DNA of 59,194 nt. Source: an uncultured Weeksellaceae bacterium. Lineage in GTDB: Bacteria; Bacteroidota; Bacteroidia; Flavobacteriales_D; CAYVSK01. Both the position numbers and the translations under genes were made by a program. Below, piece after piece: positions 34,060 through 43,890 of the stretch. Each line of letters opens with the position of its first letter. The first letter of the stretch is position 1. The notes below the pieces were generated by a model. The model saw only the letters and a program-made list of their open reading frames with translations, was not told the DNA's origin and searched no databases. Location: assembly GCA_964537825.1 (NCBI GenBank), contig CAZIDL010000005.1:1-59194 (forward strand), written 5' to 3'.

Positions 34060-35679
34060 TCAGGCCTCCGACTTTTTCTTTACTCGAGGGGCAGCATCCA
34101 GGATCTCTTCGCTGGCGTTGTCCTTGAACTGCTCGAAGTTCTCGTTGAACTTGCGGGCGAGGAGCTCTGCCTTTTCGTCGTAGGCGCTCTTATCTTCCCA
34201 GGTGTTCTTGGGATCGAGTATCTCAGAAGGCACGCCGGGACATTCTTTCGGCATTTTCAGGCCGAACACTTCGTGTTCCTGGGTCTCGATATCGTCCAGC
34301 TCCCCTTTGAGAGCAGCCGATATCATGTTGCGGGTGTACTTCAGATCGATGCGGGATCCGACCCCGTGAGGTCCGCCGGACCAACCGGTGTTGATGAGCC
34401 AGATGTTCACATCGTGCTCTTTCATCTTTTCCCCGAGCATTTCTGCGTATTCAGCAGGATGCAGAGGAAGGAAAGGAGCACCGAAGCAGGCGGAGAATGT
34501 GGTCTGGGGTTCGGTGATACCTGCCTCCGTACCAGCGACCTTGGCGGTGTAGCCTGAAATGAACTGGTACATGGCTTGACCTGCTGTCAATTTGGAGATC
34601 GGCGGAAGAACGCCGAAGGCGTCACAGGTCAGGAAGAAAATGTTCTTAGGGACCGGTCCTCGGGAAGGGTCCGCGATATTATCGATGTGGTGGATCGGAT
34701 AGCTGACCCGGGTGTTCTCGGTGGTAGAACCGTCGGAGAAGTCCACGTCGGAAGTCCCGTCGCGGAATTGCACGTTCTCGAGAAGAGCACCGAACCGGAT
34801 GGCGTTGTAAATGTCGGGCTCTTTTTCCTCGGTCAGGTCGATACACTTGGCATAACAGCCACCTTCGAAATTGAAGACCCCTTTTTGGTCCCAACCGTGC
34901 TCATCGTCCCCGATCAGTTTGCGCTCAGGGTCGGCAGAAAGGGTGGTCTTGCCCGTACCGGAAAGCCCGAAGAAAACGGCGGTGTCCCCATCTTCTCCGA
35001 TGTTGGCCGAACAATGCATGGAGAGGACCCCCTTCTCCTTGGGAAGAATGTAGTTAAGGACCGAGAATATCCCTTTCTTTATCTCGCCCGTATAGCCTGT
35101 TCCGCCGATAATGATGCACTTTTCGCTGAAGTTGATGATGGCGAAGTTATGCTGGCGGGTGTTATCGATCTCCGGGTCTGCGTAAAATCCTGGTGCACAG
35201 ATAACATGCCATTGGGGTTCAAAATCCTCGATCTCCTCCCACGCGGGACGCAGGAACATGTTATGAGCGAAGAGGTTCGACCACGGGTATTCGGTTATGA
35301 CGCGGATATTGAGTTGGTGCTCAGGGTCGGCACACGCATAAGTGTCCCTCGCGTAAATGTCGCGATTGCTCAAATAGGCAGTAAGCCTGTTGTAAAGGCT
35401 CTTGTAATCCGCTTCTTCGAAAGGCTTGTTGATATTTCCCCACCATACGGTGTCTTTGGTCTTTTCATCCTTAACGATGAAACGGTCTTGTGGGGAGCGG
35501 CCAGTGAATTCACCTGTATCGATGGCCAAGGCACCGCTGTTCGCTAGGAGGCCTTGTCCGTTCAAAAGGGTGTCCTCGACCAATTGCGCCGGATCTGCGT
35601 TCCAGGTAACGCTCGATACGTTCTCCAATCCGAGCTTTTCGAGATCCGCGTGCTTCGACTTCATTCCGAATTCGGTCAT
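34060..35679 (-). CDS. pckA: Phosphoenolpyruvate carboxykinase (ATP)
   Basis: Start at 35679 (MTEFGMKSKH..., 539 aa). Kinase-1a motif GLSGTGKTT, and IGDDEHGW and GGCYAK blocks. Confidence 0.95.
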   Translation of the reverse strand: MTEFGMKSKHADLEKLGLENVSSVTWNADPAQLVEDTLLNGQGLLANSGALAIDTGEFTGRSPQDRFIVKDEKTKDTVWWGNINKPFEEADYKSLYNRLTAYLSNRDIYARDTYACADPEHQLNIRVITEYPWSNLFAHNMFLRPAWEEIEDFEPQWHVICAPGFYADPEIDNTRQHNFAIINFSEKCIIIGGTGYTGEIKKGIFSVLNYILPKEKGVLSMHCSANIGEDGDTAVFFGLSGTGKTTLSADPERKLIGDDEHGWDQKGVFNFEGGCYAKCIDLTEEKEPDIYNAIRFGALLENVQFRDGTSDVDFSDGSTTENTRVSYPIHHIDNIADPSRGPVPKNIFFLTCDAFGVLPPISKLTAGQAMYQFISGYTAKVAGTEAGITEPQTTFSACFGAPFLPLHPAEYAEMLGEKMKEHDVNIWLINTGWSGGPHGVGSRIDLKYTRNMISAALKGELDDIETQEHEVFGLKMPKECPGVPSEILDPKNTWEDKSAYDEKAELLARKFNENFEQFKDNASEEILDAAPRVKKKSEA

Positions 35680-35763
35680 GGTAATGGTGGGATTTGTTCT
35701 GATCTGCTGCAAAGGTAAGGGATCGCCTCGGAACGATCCACCCATCGGGACGCCCTTCTTCCC

Positions 35764-37284
35764 TTAAGCTTCTTCCGTTCGCTCTGACGCTTCGAGGGGA
35801 TAGATCTTTCCGTATTTCTCCCTTGCATACGCCATGAAATACCCCGGATCGAGCTCCTTTCCGCAGACCTTTTCGCAAAGTTCTCCCGGTTTTTCGAGGC
35901 GCCCCCGCGAATGGATCCGTTCGCGCAACCAATCGCGCAAGGTGAGCAGATCCCCTTCTGATAGCTTCCGCTCCAGGTCCGGGAGCTCTTCCTTGGCCTG
36001 AGCATAGAATTGGGCACTGTACAGGCTGCCGAGCGAATAAGTGGGGAAATATCCGATCCCACCGTGCGACCAATGGACATCCTGCAAGCAGCCTTTTGCA
36101 TCTGATGGTACTTCGATCCCGAGGTATTCGTGGACCTTCTCGTTCCAACGGTCCGGGACGTCCTTAACATCCAGGGACCCTTCGATCAGAGCTTTCTCGA
36201 TCTCGAAACGGAGCATGATGTGGAAATGATAGCTGAGCTCGTCCGCATTGGTACGGATCAGACTCGGACGGACCACGTTCATAGCACGGTAGAAATGGTC
36301 GAGCGGCACGCTGTCCAGGATATCCGGGAAACGTTCCTGAAGGCTGGGATAGAAATATTCCCAGAAAGGGAGCCCGCGTCCGATGATGTTCTCCCAAAGG
36401 CGGGCCTGGGATTCGTGGATCGCGAGGGAACAAGCTTCTCCGCCCGGCATCCCGTATGCCTCCAGAGGGAGCCCTTGTTCATAAAGGGCATGCCCCCCTT
36501 CATGGATGCTCGACCAAATGGCCTCATGTAGGTTCTCTTTGTTCATGCGGGTGGTCACCCGGACATCTTCTGGGGAGAAGCTGATCGTAAAAGGATGGGT
36601 TGAAAGATCCTGGCGCCCCCGCTTCAGATCGTACCCCATGGTCTGAAGGACCTCCATGCTGAACGCCCATTGTTCGTCCTCGGAATAGGATCGGAACATC
36701 ACGCTATCGTCCGGTCCTTCACAGTTGTGAATAGCCTCGAGCAGCGGATGAAGCTCTTTCTTAAGTCCTTCGAAGACCCGTTCCACCTTTGCGCTCGTAA
36801 GCCCGGGCTCGAAATCGTCGAGCAAGGCATCGTAAGGGTGCTCCTCATACCCGAGCAACTCCGTCTCCTTTTGTTTCAATTCCACCATCCGCTTCAATTG
36901 GGGAGCAAATGCTTCGAAATCATCGTTCGCTTTTGCTTTTTGCCAGGCTTGGAAGGCTTCGCTTTGCGCTTTGCTAAGCTCCTGCACGAAGGCTGTGCTG
37001 TATTTGTTCGCTTTATCGAGGTCCTCGCTGATCCGTTCCACGCTCCGGCTTTGTAGATCCGTTAGGGATCCGCTATCCTTGAGGTTCTGGATCCGGGTGC
37101 TGTTCGATGGATCGGTGAAATGTTCGTGGGCGATGCCGGAGATCGTGGCCAGCTGCTGAGCTCTTAGCTCAGCGCCCTTTTCGGGCATGTAAGTTTCCTG
37201 ATCCCACATGAGCACTGCCCCTGCGTTCTGAAGGTCGGCGATCCGCTGCATGGTCGCCCGGAGTGTTTCGTATTCCTTTTCCAT
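35764..37284 (-). CDS. Carboxypeptidase M32 (Taq-type thermostable carboxypeptidase family)
   Basis: Start at 37284 (MEKEYETL..., 506 aa). HEGGHALYE (HExxH), IHESQARLWEN and DLSTHPF motifs. Confidence 0.9.
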   Translation of the reverse strand: MEKEYETLRATMQRIADLQNAGAVLMWDQETYMPEKGAELRAQQLATISGIAHEHFTDPSNSTRIQNLKDSGSLTDLQSRSVERISEDLDKANKYSTAFVQELSKAQSEAFQAWQKAKANDDFEAFAPQLKRMVELKQKETELLGYEEHPYDALLDDFEPGLTSAKVERVFEGLKKELHPLLEAIHNCEGPDDSVMFRSYSEDEQWAFSMEVLQTMGYDLKRGRQDLSTHPFTISFSPEDVRVTTRMNKENLHEAIWSSIHEGGHALYEQGLPLEAYGMPGGEACSLAIHESQARLWENIIGRGLPFWEYFYPSLQERFPDILDSVPLDHFYRAMNVVRPSLIRTNADELSYHFHIMLRFEIEKALIEGSLDVKDVPDRWNEKVHEYLGIEVPSDAKGCLQDVHWSHGGIGYFPTYSLGSLYSAQFYAQAKEELPDLERKLSEGDLLTLRDWLRERIHSRGRLEKPGELCEKVCGKELDPGYFMAYAREKYGKIYPLEASERTEEA

Positions 37285-37399
37285 CCTTTTCTTTTTTGTT
37301 GAGAAGAACGCTGTGAACTGTACCAAAGGTCGTGGTATTGGAAGGAATTCAGCGCGTCGGCGGATGTCCTATCTTCGTCTTTTCAAAAGGGAGTCGATC

Positions 37400-38779
37400 A
37401 TGCGAAGGATCACGATCATCGGAGCCGGAAAGTCCTCTTCCGCGCTTATCAACTACTTGCTCAAAGAAGCTCCTGAAGGGGGGTTCGAAGTACGGGTGCT
37501 CGACCATGATACGGAGATGGCACGCTCGCAGGTCGAAGGGGCCGGATCCGGTAGTGCGAGCGCTTTTGATGTGGAGGACGAGGCAAGCCTCAGGGAGGAG
37601 ATCCATCAGAGCGAGCTCGTGGTATCCATGCTTCCGGCCCGCTTTCATACGCTCATTGCCAGGGAATGCATCCGTCAAGGAAAGCATTTGATCACGCCCT
37701 CCTACGTTTCGGACGAGTTGCGCGAAATGGATCAGGATGCCCGTGAAGCCGGCATTCTGATCATGAACGAGATGGGGGTTGATCCGGGGATCGATCATAT
37801 GTCCGCCGTTCGGGCCTTGGACCGGATCCGCAAGCAAGGCCATGAGATCCGTTGCCTGGAATCCTTTACCGGGGGATTGGTCGCCCCGGATAGCGATGAC
37901 AATCCCTGGGGGTATAAATTCACTTGGAGCCCCCGCAACGTAGTGCTAGCAGGGCAAGGGGGTGCTGTGAAGTTCGTCCAGGAAGGGCGCTACAAGTATA
38001 TTCCCTCTTATCGGATCTTCAAGCGGGCTGAGCAGATCGATATCGAGGGTTACGGCCGCTTCGAAGGTTATGCGAACCGGGATTCCCTGCACTACCGTAC
38101 CGTCTATGGATTGGAAGGGGTCCCGACCATATTCCGGGGGACCCTTCGTCGACCTGGATTTTGCAAGGCCTGGGACGTTTTCGTCCAGCTCGGTGCGACC
38201 GATGACAGCTATGTCATGGAGGGTTCAGCAGGGATCACGAAGCGGGGGTTCATCAACTCCTTCCTTACCTATGATCCCCACGATTCCGTCGAGTTAAAAC
38301 TGATGCACTACCTCGGTATCGATCGGGACAGCGACGTGATGGAAAAGCTTTATTGGCTCGGCATCTTCGAAGAAGAACCGATCGTTGAAGCGGATGCAAC
38401 GCCGGCCCAGATCCTGCAGCGGATCCTGGAGGACAAATGGGCGTTGGGTCCTGAGGATCGGGATATGATCGTGATGTTCCACAAGTTCGGTTATCGCTCT
38501 GCGGATGGCCAGGATCATGAGCTCCGCTCTTCCATGGTGCATATCGGAAAGGACCCTGAATATACAGCGATGGCCGAGAGCGTAGGGCTTCCGATCGGCA
38601 TCCTCGCGCGGATGATGATGGAGGGAGCGATCGAAGAAAGAGGCGTTCAGCTTCCAACGATAGCTTCCGTTTACGGACCGGTTCTGGACGAACTGGAAAG
38701 CTTCGGCATCCGTTTTCAGGAAGAAGAGGTCACCCCTTCCTTGCCGGGAACCTTCCAGAATGCCCGTTCTTTTTCCTAG
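37400..38779 (+). CDS. Saccharopine dehydrogenase family protein
   Basis: The ATG at 37400 gives MRRITIIGAGKSS (Rossmann GxGxxS). 459 aa. GVDPGIDHM block. The track N-terminal extension overlaps the divergent gene. Confidence 0.8.
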   Translation: MRRITIIGAGKSSSALINYLLKEAPEGGFEVRVLDHDTEMARSQVEGAGSGSASAFDVEDEASLREEIHQSELVVSMLPARFHTLIARECIRQGKHLITPSYVSDELREMDQDAREAGILIMNEMGVDPGIDHMSAVRALDRIRKQGHEIRCLESFTGGLVAPDSDDNPWGYKFTWSPRNVVLAGQGGAVKFVQEGRYKYIPSYRIFKRAEQIDIEGYGRFEGYANRDSLHYRTVYGLEGVPTIFRGTLRRPGFCKAWDVFVQLGATDDSYVMEGSAGITKRGFINSFLTYDPHDSVELKLMHYLGIDRDSDVMEKLYWLGIFEEEPIVEADATPAQILQRILEDKWALGPEDRDMIVMFHKFGYRSADGQDHELRSSMVHIGKDPEYTAMAESVGLPIGILARMMMEGAIEERGVQLPTIASVYGPVLDELESFGIRFQEEEVTPSLPGTFQNARSFS

Positions 38780-39298
38780 TCAGAGCTCGGTCAGCCCTTC
38801 GGGAAGATCAGTGTAGAGGATCCTCGCTTCTTCGTCGATCCGTTCCACGAAGGCCTCCGTGAGCGGAAGCGGGATCGCTGCCTCTCCCACGTGGGCGATC
38901 GGCTGCTCGGGTCGATCGATCCCTCCTTGGATGATCCCGATCTCTCCTTGCTGGCGGTCAATTACCCGGTAACCCTGCACTTTTTCCAAAAGCTCCGGTT
39001 GGGCTTCCTGTTCATGATGATCCGAAAGGGGTAGCCGGACCTCGAGCCCGATAAGGCGTGAAGCCCGGCTTTCGTTATCGATCAGGTCGAAACGGACCGC
39101 GTAGTGCTTCTTGCTGATCCGTTCGCATGAAGTGAAATAAAAGGGGGTCCCTTCATGCGTTCGTTCGATCGGAATGAAAACGGGTTGCCCGAAGTCGTGA
39201 TTCTCAGGGAAGTCGTTCTTGACCTTGAGGAGGAGCTCGCCCTCCACACCCTGCGTTTTGGTGAGCACCCCGACGAGTTCCCAGTTCTCAGGGTCCAT
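38780..39298 (-). CDS. rimM: Ribosome maturation factor RimM
   Basis: 172 aa. LVGVLTKTQGVEGELLLKV N-terminus and a PRC-barrel C-terminal domain. Immediately downstream of rpsP. Confidence 0.85.
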   Translation of the reverse strand: MDPENWELVGVLTKTQGVEGELLLKVKNDFPENHDFGQPVFIPIERTHEGTPFYFTSCERISKKHYAVRFDLIDNESRASRLIGLEVRLPLSDHHEQEAQPELLEKVQGYRVIDRQQGEIGIIQGGIDRPEQPIAHVGEAAIPLPLTEAFVERIDEEARILYTDLPEGLTEL

Positions 39299-39313
39299 CG
39301 GGGGGCAGCCGGA

Positions 39314-40162
39314 TCACTCTTTTTTCTCCTCTTCCTGGTCCTTCTGCTCGCCTTCTTCGCTACCGGAGCTTTCGCCAGAGGCGTTATCTTCCTCTCCGCT
39401 TGCTTCAGCGGATGCTTGTTCTTGTGCGCCTCCAGCGGCCTTGTCTTCTTCTTTCGGACCTTCATCGCTGCTAGCTTGAGCTGCTTCTTCTTTCCCTTCA
39501 TTAGCAGCCTCTCCTGAAGCTCCTTTGGCTTCCTTCTCTTCGGTCCCTTCTTCAGCAGCGGCTTCTTGGTTCTTACCGGCGCTTTCCTGGTCAGCTTCTT
39601 CAGCCTGAGCTTCCGTTCCCCCTTCTCCGGAGCCTTCAGCTTCCGCATTGGCGGTCTCTTCGCCCCCTTTACTGCTTTCCAACGGGGCAGCTGCTGCCGC
39701 TTCTTCCTCTTGTTTCTTGGCGATCGCAGCAGCTCGTTCTTCGCTGATCTTCTTCTCGGCAGCGATCCGCTCTTCTTCGGCCTTTTCTTCCGCTTTGCGG
39801 ACTTTTTCCTTACGCTCTCCGAGCTCTTTGTCCTTTCGCTCGATGAATTGCTCGTACTTTTTATCGGCCTCCTCTTGTTTGAGGATCCCTTTGCGTACTC
39901 CCCGCGCAAGATGCTTCCGATACATCACCCCTTCACGGGAGAGGATGGAGCGGGCGGTCTCCGAAGGGATCGCACCGCTCTCGATCCATTGGAATGCTTT
40001 TTCCCGGTCAAGATCGATGATAGGGGGTTCGTAATTGGGGTCGTAGCGCCCGATCCGTTGGATGGCGCGGCCATCCCTAGGAGCGGTGTTATCAGCGACG
40101 ACGATGTGGTAACTGGGCTCTTTCTTCTTTCCCTTGCGTTGCAGGCGTATCTTCGTGGGCAT
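39314..40162 (-). CDS. rpsP: 30S ribosomal protein S16 with a ~190-aa E/A/K-rich C-terminal extension
   Basis: The N-terminus MPTKIRLQRKGKKKEPSYHIVVADNTAPRDGRAIQRIGRYDP is canonical S16. After about residue 90 the ORF continues in frame as low-complexity acidic/Ala-rich sequence to 282 aa. Confidence 0.85.
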   Translation of the reverse strand: MPTKIRLQRKGKKKEPSYHIVVADNTAPRDGRAIQRIGRYDPNYEPPIIDLDREKAFQWIESGAIPSETARSILSREGVMYRKHLARGVRKGILKQEEADKKYEQFIERKDKELGERKEKVRKAEEKAEEERIAAEKKISEERAAAIAKKQEEEAAAAAPLESSKGGEETANAEAEGSGEGGTEAQAEEADQESAGKNQEAAAEEGTEEKEAKGASGEAANEGKEEAAQASSDEGPKEEDKAAGGAQEQASAEASGEEDNASGESSGSEEGEQKDQEEEKKE

Positions 40163-40254
40163 CTATTTGGCGTGGCTTTTGAGAATAGACATTCTTGAAA
40201 GGGGTGCAAATATCGCTTTTTTCTTTGGAATGGCAGGGGCCACGAAGGAAGAAC

Positions 40255-41280
40255 TTACCCGTTTCCGATCCTCAGAACAGCAGCTCCTTCCATTTCCCCG
40301 TTCCGAAGAGCTTCTAATGCTTCATCAGCTCTTTCCAAAGGATATTCCTGCGTGTGGGCCTTTACCGGAACTTTCGGGGCTTCTTTCAAAAAGCGTTCGC
40401 CATCCTTGCGCTGCAGGTTGGCGACCGAACGCAAGCAGCGTTCTTCCCAGAGGATCGCATAGGGAAAGGTGGGGATATCGCTCATGTGGATACCCCCGCA
40501 AACGACCGTTCCTCCGGCTTCCGTATCCCTGAGCGCTTTGGGGACCAGATCGCCCACGGGAGCGAATATCATCGCTGCATCGAGCTTTTCAGGGGGGTCT
40601 TGGTCGGAGCCTCCGGCCCAATGGACCCCGAGCTTTCGGGCGAAGGTCTGGGCTCGTTCATCTCCAGGTTTGCTGAAGGCGTAGAGCTTTTTCCCTTCAT
40701 GGAGCATCAGTTGGCTGATGAGGTGAGCAGCAGCTCCGAACCCGTAGATCCCGATCCGTTGGGCTTCTTCTCCCGTCATCCGATATGTGCGCGAACCGAT
40801 CAACCCCGCGCATAACAAGGGAGTGGCCTCTTCTGCACTGTATGCCGGATCGATCGGGAAACAATAGCTCTCCCGGACCTTTGCGTATTCGGCATAGCCG
40901 CCGTCCACCGTGTACCCCGTGAATTCAGCGTTCTCGCAAAGGTTCTCCCGGTCTTTGCGGCAAAACCGACATTCTCCACAGGTACTTGCCAACCATGGTA
41001 CGCCCACGCGCATCCCTAAAGCTTTTTCCTGAACCTGATCCCCTTTCGCTACGACCTCGCCGACGATCTCGTGGCCAGGGATCAGCTCTTTTTTGGGATG
41101 GGGGAGTTCCCCATCGATGATATGAAGGTCGGTGCGGCAAATCCCGCAAGCCTGTACGCGAATGAGGAGTTCATCATCGCGTACTTCCGGCACGGGGACT
41201 TCTTTTTCCCGAAGCGCTCCGGGACTTTGCTCAAGGACCATGGCCCGCATCGTAGCGGGGATCCCTTCAGACTGCATCAT
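40255..41280 (-). CDS. Zinc-dependent alcohol dehydrogenase family protein
   Basis: 341 aa. Catalytic-Zn GHEIVGEV and structural-Zn CGECRFCRKDRENLC motifs. The real start may be the MRAMVLEQ Met at 41250, which removes the overlap with paiB. Confidence 0.85.
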   Translation of the reverse strand: MMQSEGIPATMRAMVLEQSPGALREKEVPVPEVRDDELLIRVQACGICRTDLHIIDGELPHPKKELIPGHEIVGEVVAKGDQVQEKALGMRVGVPWLASTCGECRFCRKDRENLCENAEFTGYTVDGGYAEYAKVRESYCFPIDPAYSAEEATPLLCAGLIGSRTYRMTGEEAQRIGIYGFGAAAHLISQLMLHEGKKLYAFSKPGDERAQTFARKLGVHWAGGSDQDPPEKLDAAMIFAPVGDLVPKALRDTEAGGTVVCGGIHMSDIPTFPYAILWEERCLRSVANLQRKDGERFLKEAPKVPVKAHTQEYPLERADEALEALRNGEMEGAAVLRIGNG

Positions 41281-41887
41281 CGGTCCTTTCTTTCATATAA
41301 GCGGCAAGGAGCCGTTCGCTCGCTTTATCGCTCTTGGAGAGCCCCTCGATGATCCGTTCCCGTTCGCTTGCTCGCTTTTCCTGACTGAGCTTGGCCTGTC
41401 CCTGGACTTCTTGCACGCGGATCTGGAAGGCCATAAGTCCGGGCATCAGACCTTTTCTGTAGCTTTCAGAAAGTTCGTGCCACTGCTTTTCATAGGCGGG
41501 TTCGAAGCGTCGTATCATCTTTTCCAGGAGGCCGTGGACCCGCTCTTCCGCTTCGATCAATTCTACCCTGCCATAAGCGTGGACCGCCAGATAGTCCCAG
41601 GTGGGTACGCTATCCTTCTCCTCGTAATGGGTCGGGGAGATGTAGGCATTGGGACCTGAGAAGATCGCGAGCACCTCTTCATCCCCGATATCGCGCCACT
41701 GCTCGTTGGCTTTCGCCCAATGCGATGAAAGAAGGAGTTGCGAGCCTTCCTTTTCCACGACGAAAGGAAGGTGAGTGGCCGAAGGACGTTCACCCGACCG
41801 ACTGACAAGCGTCCCGAAAGGGAATTCGTCGATGAAGGCGATCGCTTCTTCCCGATCCCGGATCCGGAATTCTTCAGGAACGTACAT
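41267..41887 (-). CDS. paiB: FMN-binding negative transcriptional regulator (PaiB family)
   Basis: Start at 41887 (MYVPEEFRIRD..., 206 aa), the typical PaiB N-terminus. The longer track ORF overlaps the upstream gene. Confidence 0.75.
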   Translation of the reverse strand: MYVPEEFRIRDREEAIAFIDEFPFGTLVSRSGERPSATHLPFVVEKEGSQLLLSSHWAKANEQWRDIGDEEVLAIFSGPNAYISPTHYEEKDSVPTWDYLAVHAYGRVELIEAEERVHGLLEKMIRRFEPAYEKQWHELSESYRKGLMPGLMAFQIRVQEVQGQAKLSQEKRASERERIIEGLSKSDKASERLLAAYMKERTDDAV

Positions 41888-41891
41888 CGTT

Positions 41892-42290
41892 TCAGGAGGG
41901 ATCTTGCTCTTCAGATGCACACCAGCGGATCGTCACCGTCCGCTTTCCCCATTCCCTCGCATCCTTTTCGATGGCCCCCATGTAAATGTCGATCTTTTTG
42001 GTCCAGCGGCGGTTCATCTTGTCCTGCACCCGGAATTTCCCGGGGACTCCATCGATCCACACCACCGTATTGTGGCCGAGGCCGGAATCGATCAGGTCCC
42101 TCGACACGGCGATCGCCTTCATGCCCGGTCTTAGAGTGTCCCCCCAAGCGGCTAGGGTGGGATCGCCCTGGGTTTGTCCATGGAGGGAATTGTAAGCGGT
42201 GGCGGTCACTTCGAGCTCTTTTTCCTTGCACGTACTGCAAGCACTGAGGGTGATGATCAGAAGGAAGAGGTAGCGTTGCATATTCTGCAA
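41892..42290 (-). CDS. 3D (Asp-Asp-Asp) domain-containing lipoprotein (MltA/RlpA-like DPBB fold)
   Basis: 132 aa. Lipobox LSAC. TATAYNSLHGQTQGDPTLAAWGDTLRPGMKAIAVSRDL...KIDIYM matches the 3D domain pattern. Confidence 0.7.
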   Translation of the reverse strand: MQNMQRYLFLLIITLSACSTCKEKELEVTATAYNSLHGQTQGDPTLAAWGDTLRPGMKAIAVSRDLIDSGLGHNTVVWIDGVPGKFRVQDKMNRRWTKKIDIYMGAIEKDAREWGKRTVTIRWCASEEQDPS

Positions 42291-42505
42291 GATACGTTTT
42301 GTGCTCGGGCTTCTCCAATGATCATGAAGAATGGCTTTTAAAAATAAGGGGGTGCGAAAGAGGCGGGAGCATGCTTTCTAAGCGCTGAGCTAGCCGTTAT
42401 TCTTGCTAATTCAGGGTCCCTGGGGCTCGAACGCCGCATCCATTGAACTTTTTGATAAAGGCTCGCATCTTCGAGGGGGGCACCTTCCTTTTGTACCTTT
42501 CCAAG

Positions 42506-43111
42506 ATGCGAGGACTGAAAAGCATCATCCTTTTACTCCTCATTCCCTGCTTCGGAGAAGCTCAGGGTCCCCGTGAAATGGAACCGGAAGATGGGGTCAG
42601 CTTCGATCTGCGGGTCGACCGTCGGACAACAGGATCGGGGCATTACAATTTCATTGGCTTCGGGGGGAGCTTGAACTACCGACGCTTTTCCCTTTACGGA
42701 GCTGCCCTTCTTGGGGATAAAGAAGGGACTTTCAATGGAATGGCCGGCCATCTGCAATTCTTTCCTGCCTCTTATGGGATCGCTTTTGGTGACCGGGTCT
42801 ACCCTTATTTCCAGTACAGCTTCGTGGGGCGTTGGGATGCCCGATTGGTCTCCAGCACGGAAGGTATTCTGCGCTCGAGGACGGCAGGAACTGCAAAGAA
42901 CGCCCGCTATCGGACCTTCGAAAATTACGGAGGGTTCGGAGCGCAGCTTTTCTTCATCGCTCGCTTTTACCTGGACCTGGGCCTCGGGATCGGCCTCTAC
43001 GACAGCAAATTGAGCAGTGGCGGTGGAACCAGGAAGCAGAACGCGGAACGTTTCAGAAGAGCAAGGGATGTTTCGTTCTCGCTTCGGGCGAGTTTGGGTT
43101 ACCATTTTTAG
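42506..43111 (+). CDS. Hypothetical outer-membrane beta-barrel-like protein
   Basis: The ATG at 42506 gives MRGLKSIILLLLIPCFGEAQG (signal peptide). Alternating aromatic/Gly-rich strands and a C-terminal ...SLGYHF (terminal Phe) fit an OMP. Confidence 0.45.
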   Translation: MRGLKSIILLLLIPCFGEAQGPREMEPEDGVSFDLRVDRRTTGSGHYNFIGFGGSLNYRRFSLYGAALLGDKEGTFNGMAGHLQFFPASYGIAFGDRVYPYFQYSFVGRWDARLVSSTEGILRSRTAGTAKNARYRTFENYGGFGAQLFFIARFYLDLGLGIGLYDSKLSSGGGTRKQNAERFRRARDVSFSLRASLGYHF

Positions 43112-43179
43112 ATCCCGATAGCGGTATTAGCCACCTCTGATCGACTCCTCGTACCTTCACACGGATCGAACTTCTTCAA

Positions 43180-43890
43180 GTGAACCGAATGCATAAACGT
43201 ATAGGCCTTTTCGGGCTCGTGATCTTTGCAGCAAGTGCCCTTTTCTTCGTTCTTCCGAAAGGGGATACGATCGATCCGCCGAAGGTGGATGCGGAAAAGC
43301 TCTATCAGCGCCTGGAGCTCGAGCGGGGATCTGAGCGGCCACCCCGGGACCTTTTTCGAAAGGGATATGGGGCGTTCCGCGAACTCGCCGAGGAGGGGGA
43401 GCTGGAAAAAGAGCTGATGGTCCTTATCGATATGCGCTTGTCCTCAAATAAAGAACGCTTGTGGGTCCTCGACCTGGACAGTGGGTCGGTGTCCTTCCAG
43501 ACCCTGGTCGCACACGGCAAGGGTAGCGGCAACGAATATGCCCGGAACTTTTCCAATACGCCGGGCTCGCATAAGACCAGCCTTGGCCTTTACGTGACCG
43601 CAGGGACTTATCAGGGAAAGCACGGACTTTCCCTAAGGTTGGACGGTATGGAGCAGGGTTTCAACAACAATGCCCGCGACCGGGCGATCGTGATGCACGG
43701 GGCGGATTACGTGAGCGAAGCATTTGCTGAGCGGTATGGACGGATCGGGAGGAGTTACGGCTGTCCCTCGGTCCCGCTCGGCGTTCATAAAGAACTGCTC
43801 CCTAAGATCCGGGAAGGGGCCTGCCTTTTCATCTACTACCCGAAGGAGGACTATCTGGAGGGTTCGGAGTATCTTAAGGAAAAGGAATGA
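43180..43890 (+). CDS. Murein L,D-transpeptidase catalytic-domain family protein (YkuD_2 type)
   Basis: 236 aa. HGKGSG, SLGLYVT and the catalytic SYGCPSV block. Confidence 0.75.
   Translation: MNRMHKRIGLFGLVIFAASALFFVLPKGDTIDPPKVDAEKLYQRLELERGSERPPRDLFRKGYGAFRELAEEGELEKELMVLIDMRLSSNKERLWVLDLDSGSVSFQTLVAHGKGSGNEYARNFSNTPGSHKTSLGLYVTAGTYQGKHGLSLRLDGMEQGFNNNARDRAIVMHGADYVSEAFAERYGRIGRSYGCPSVPLGVHKELLPKIREGACLFIYYPKEDYLEGSEYLKEKE

Noticed and set aside
39082-40198. Long alternative-frame ORFs (275 aa minus strand, 210 aa and 128 aa plus strand) over the rpsP tail
   Set aside because: They arise from the low-complexity GAA/GCA/AAG-rich DNA of the S16 extension. Their products are Lys/Arg/Ser or Phe/Leu/Ser homopolymer-like.
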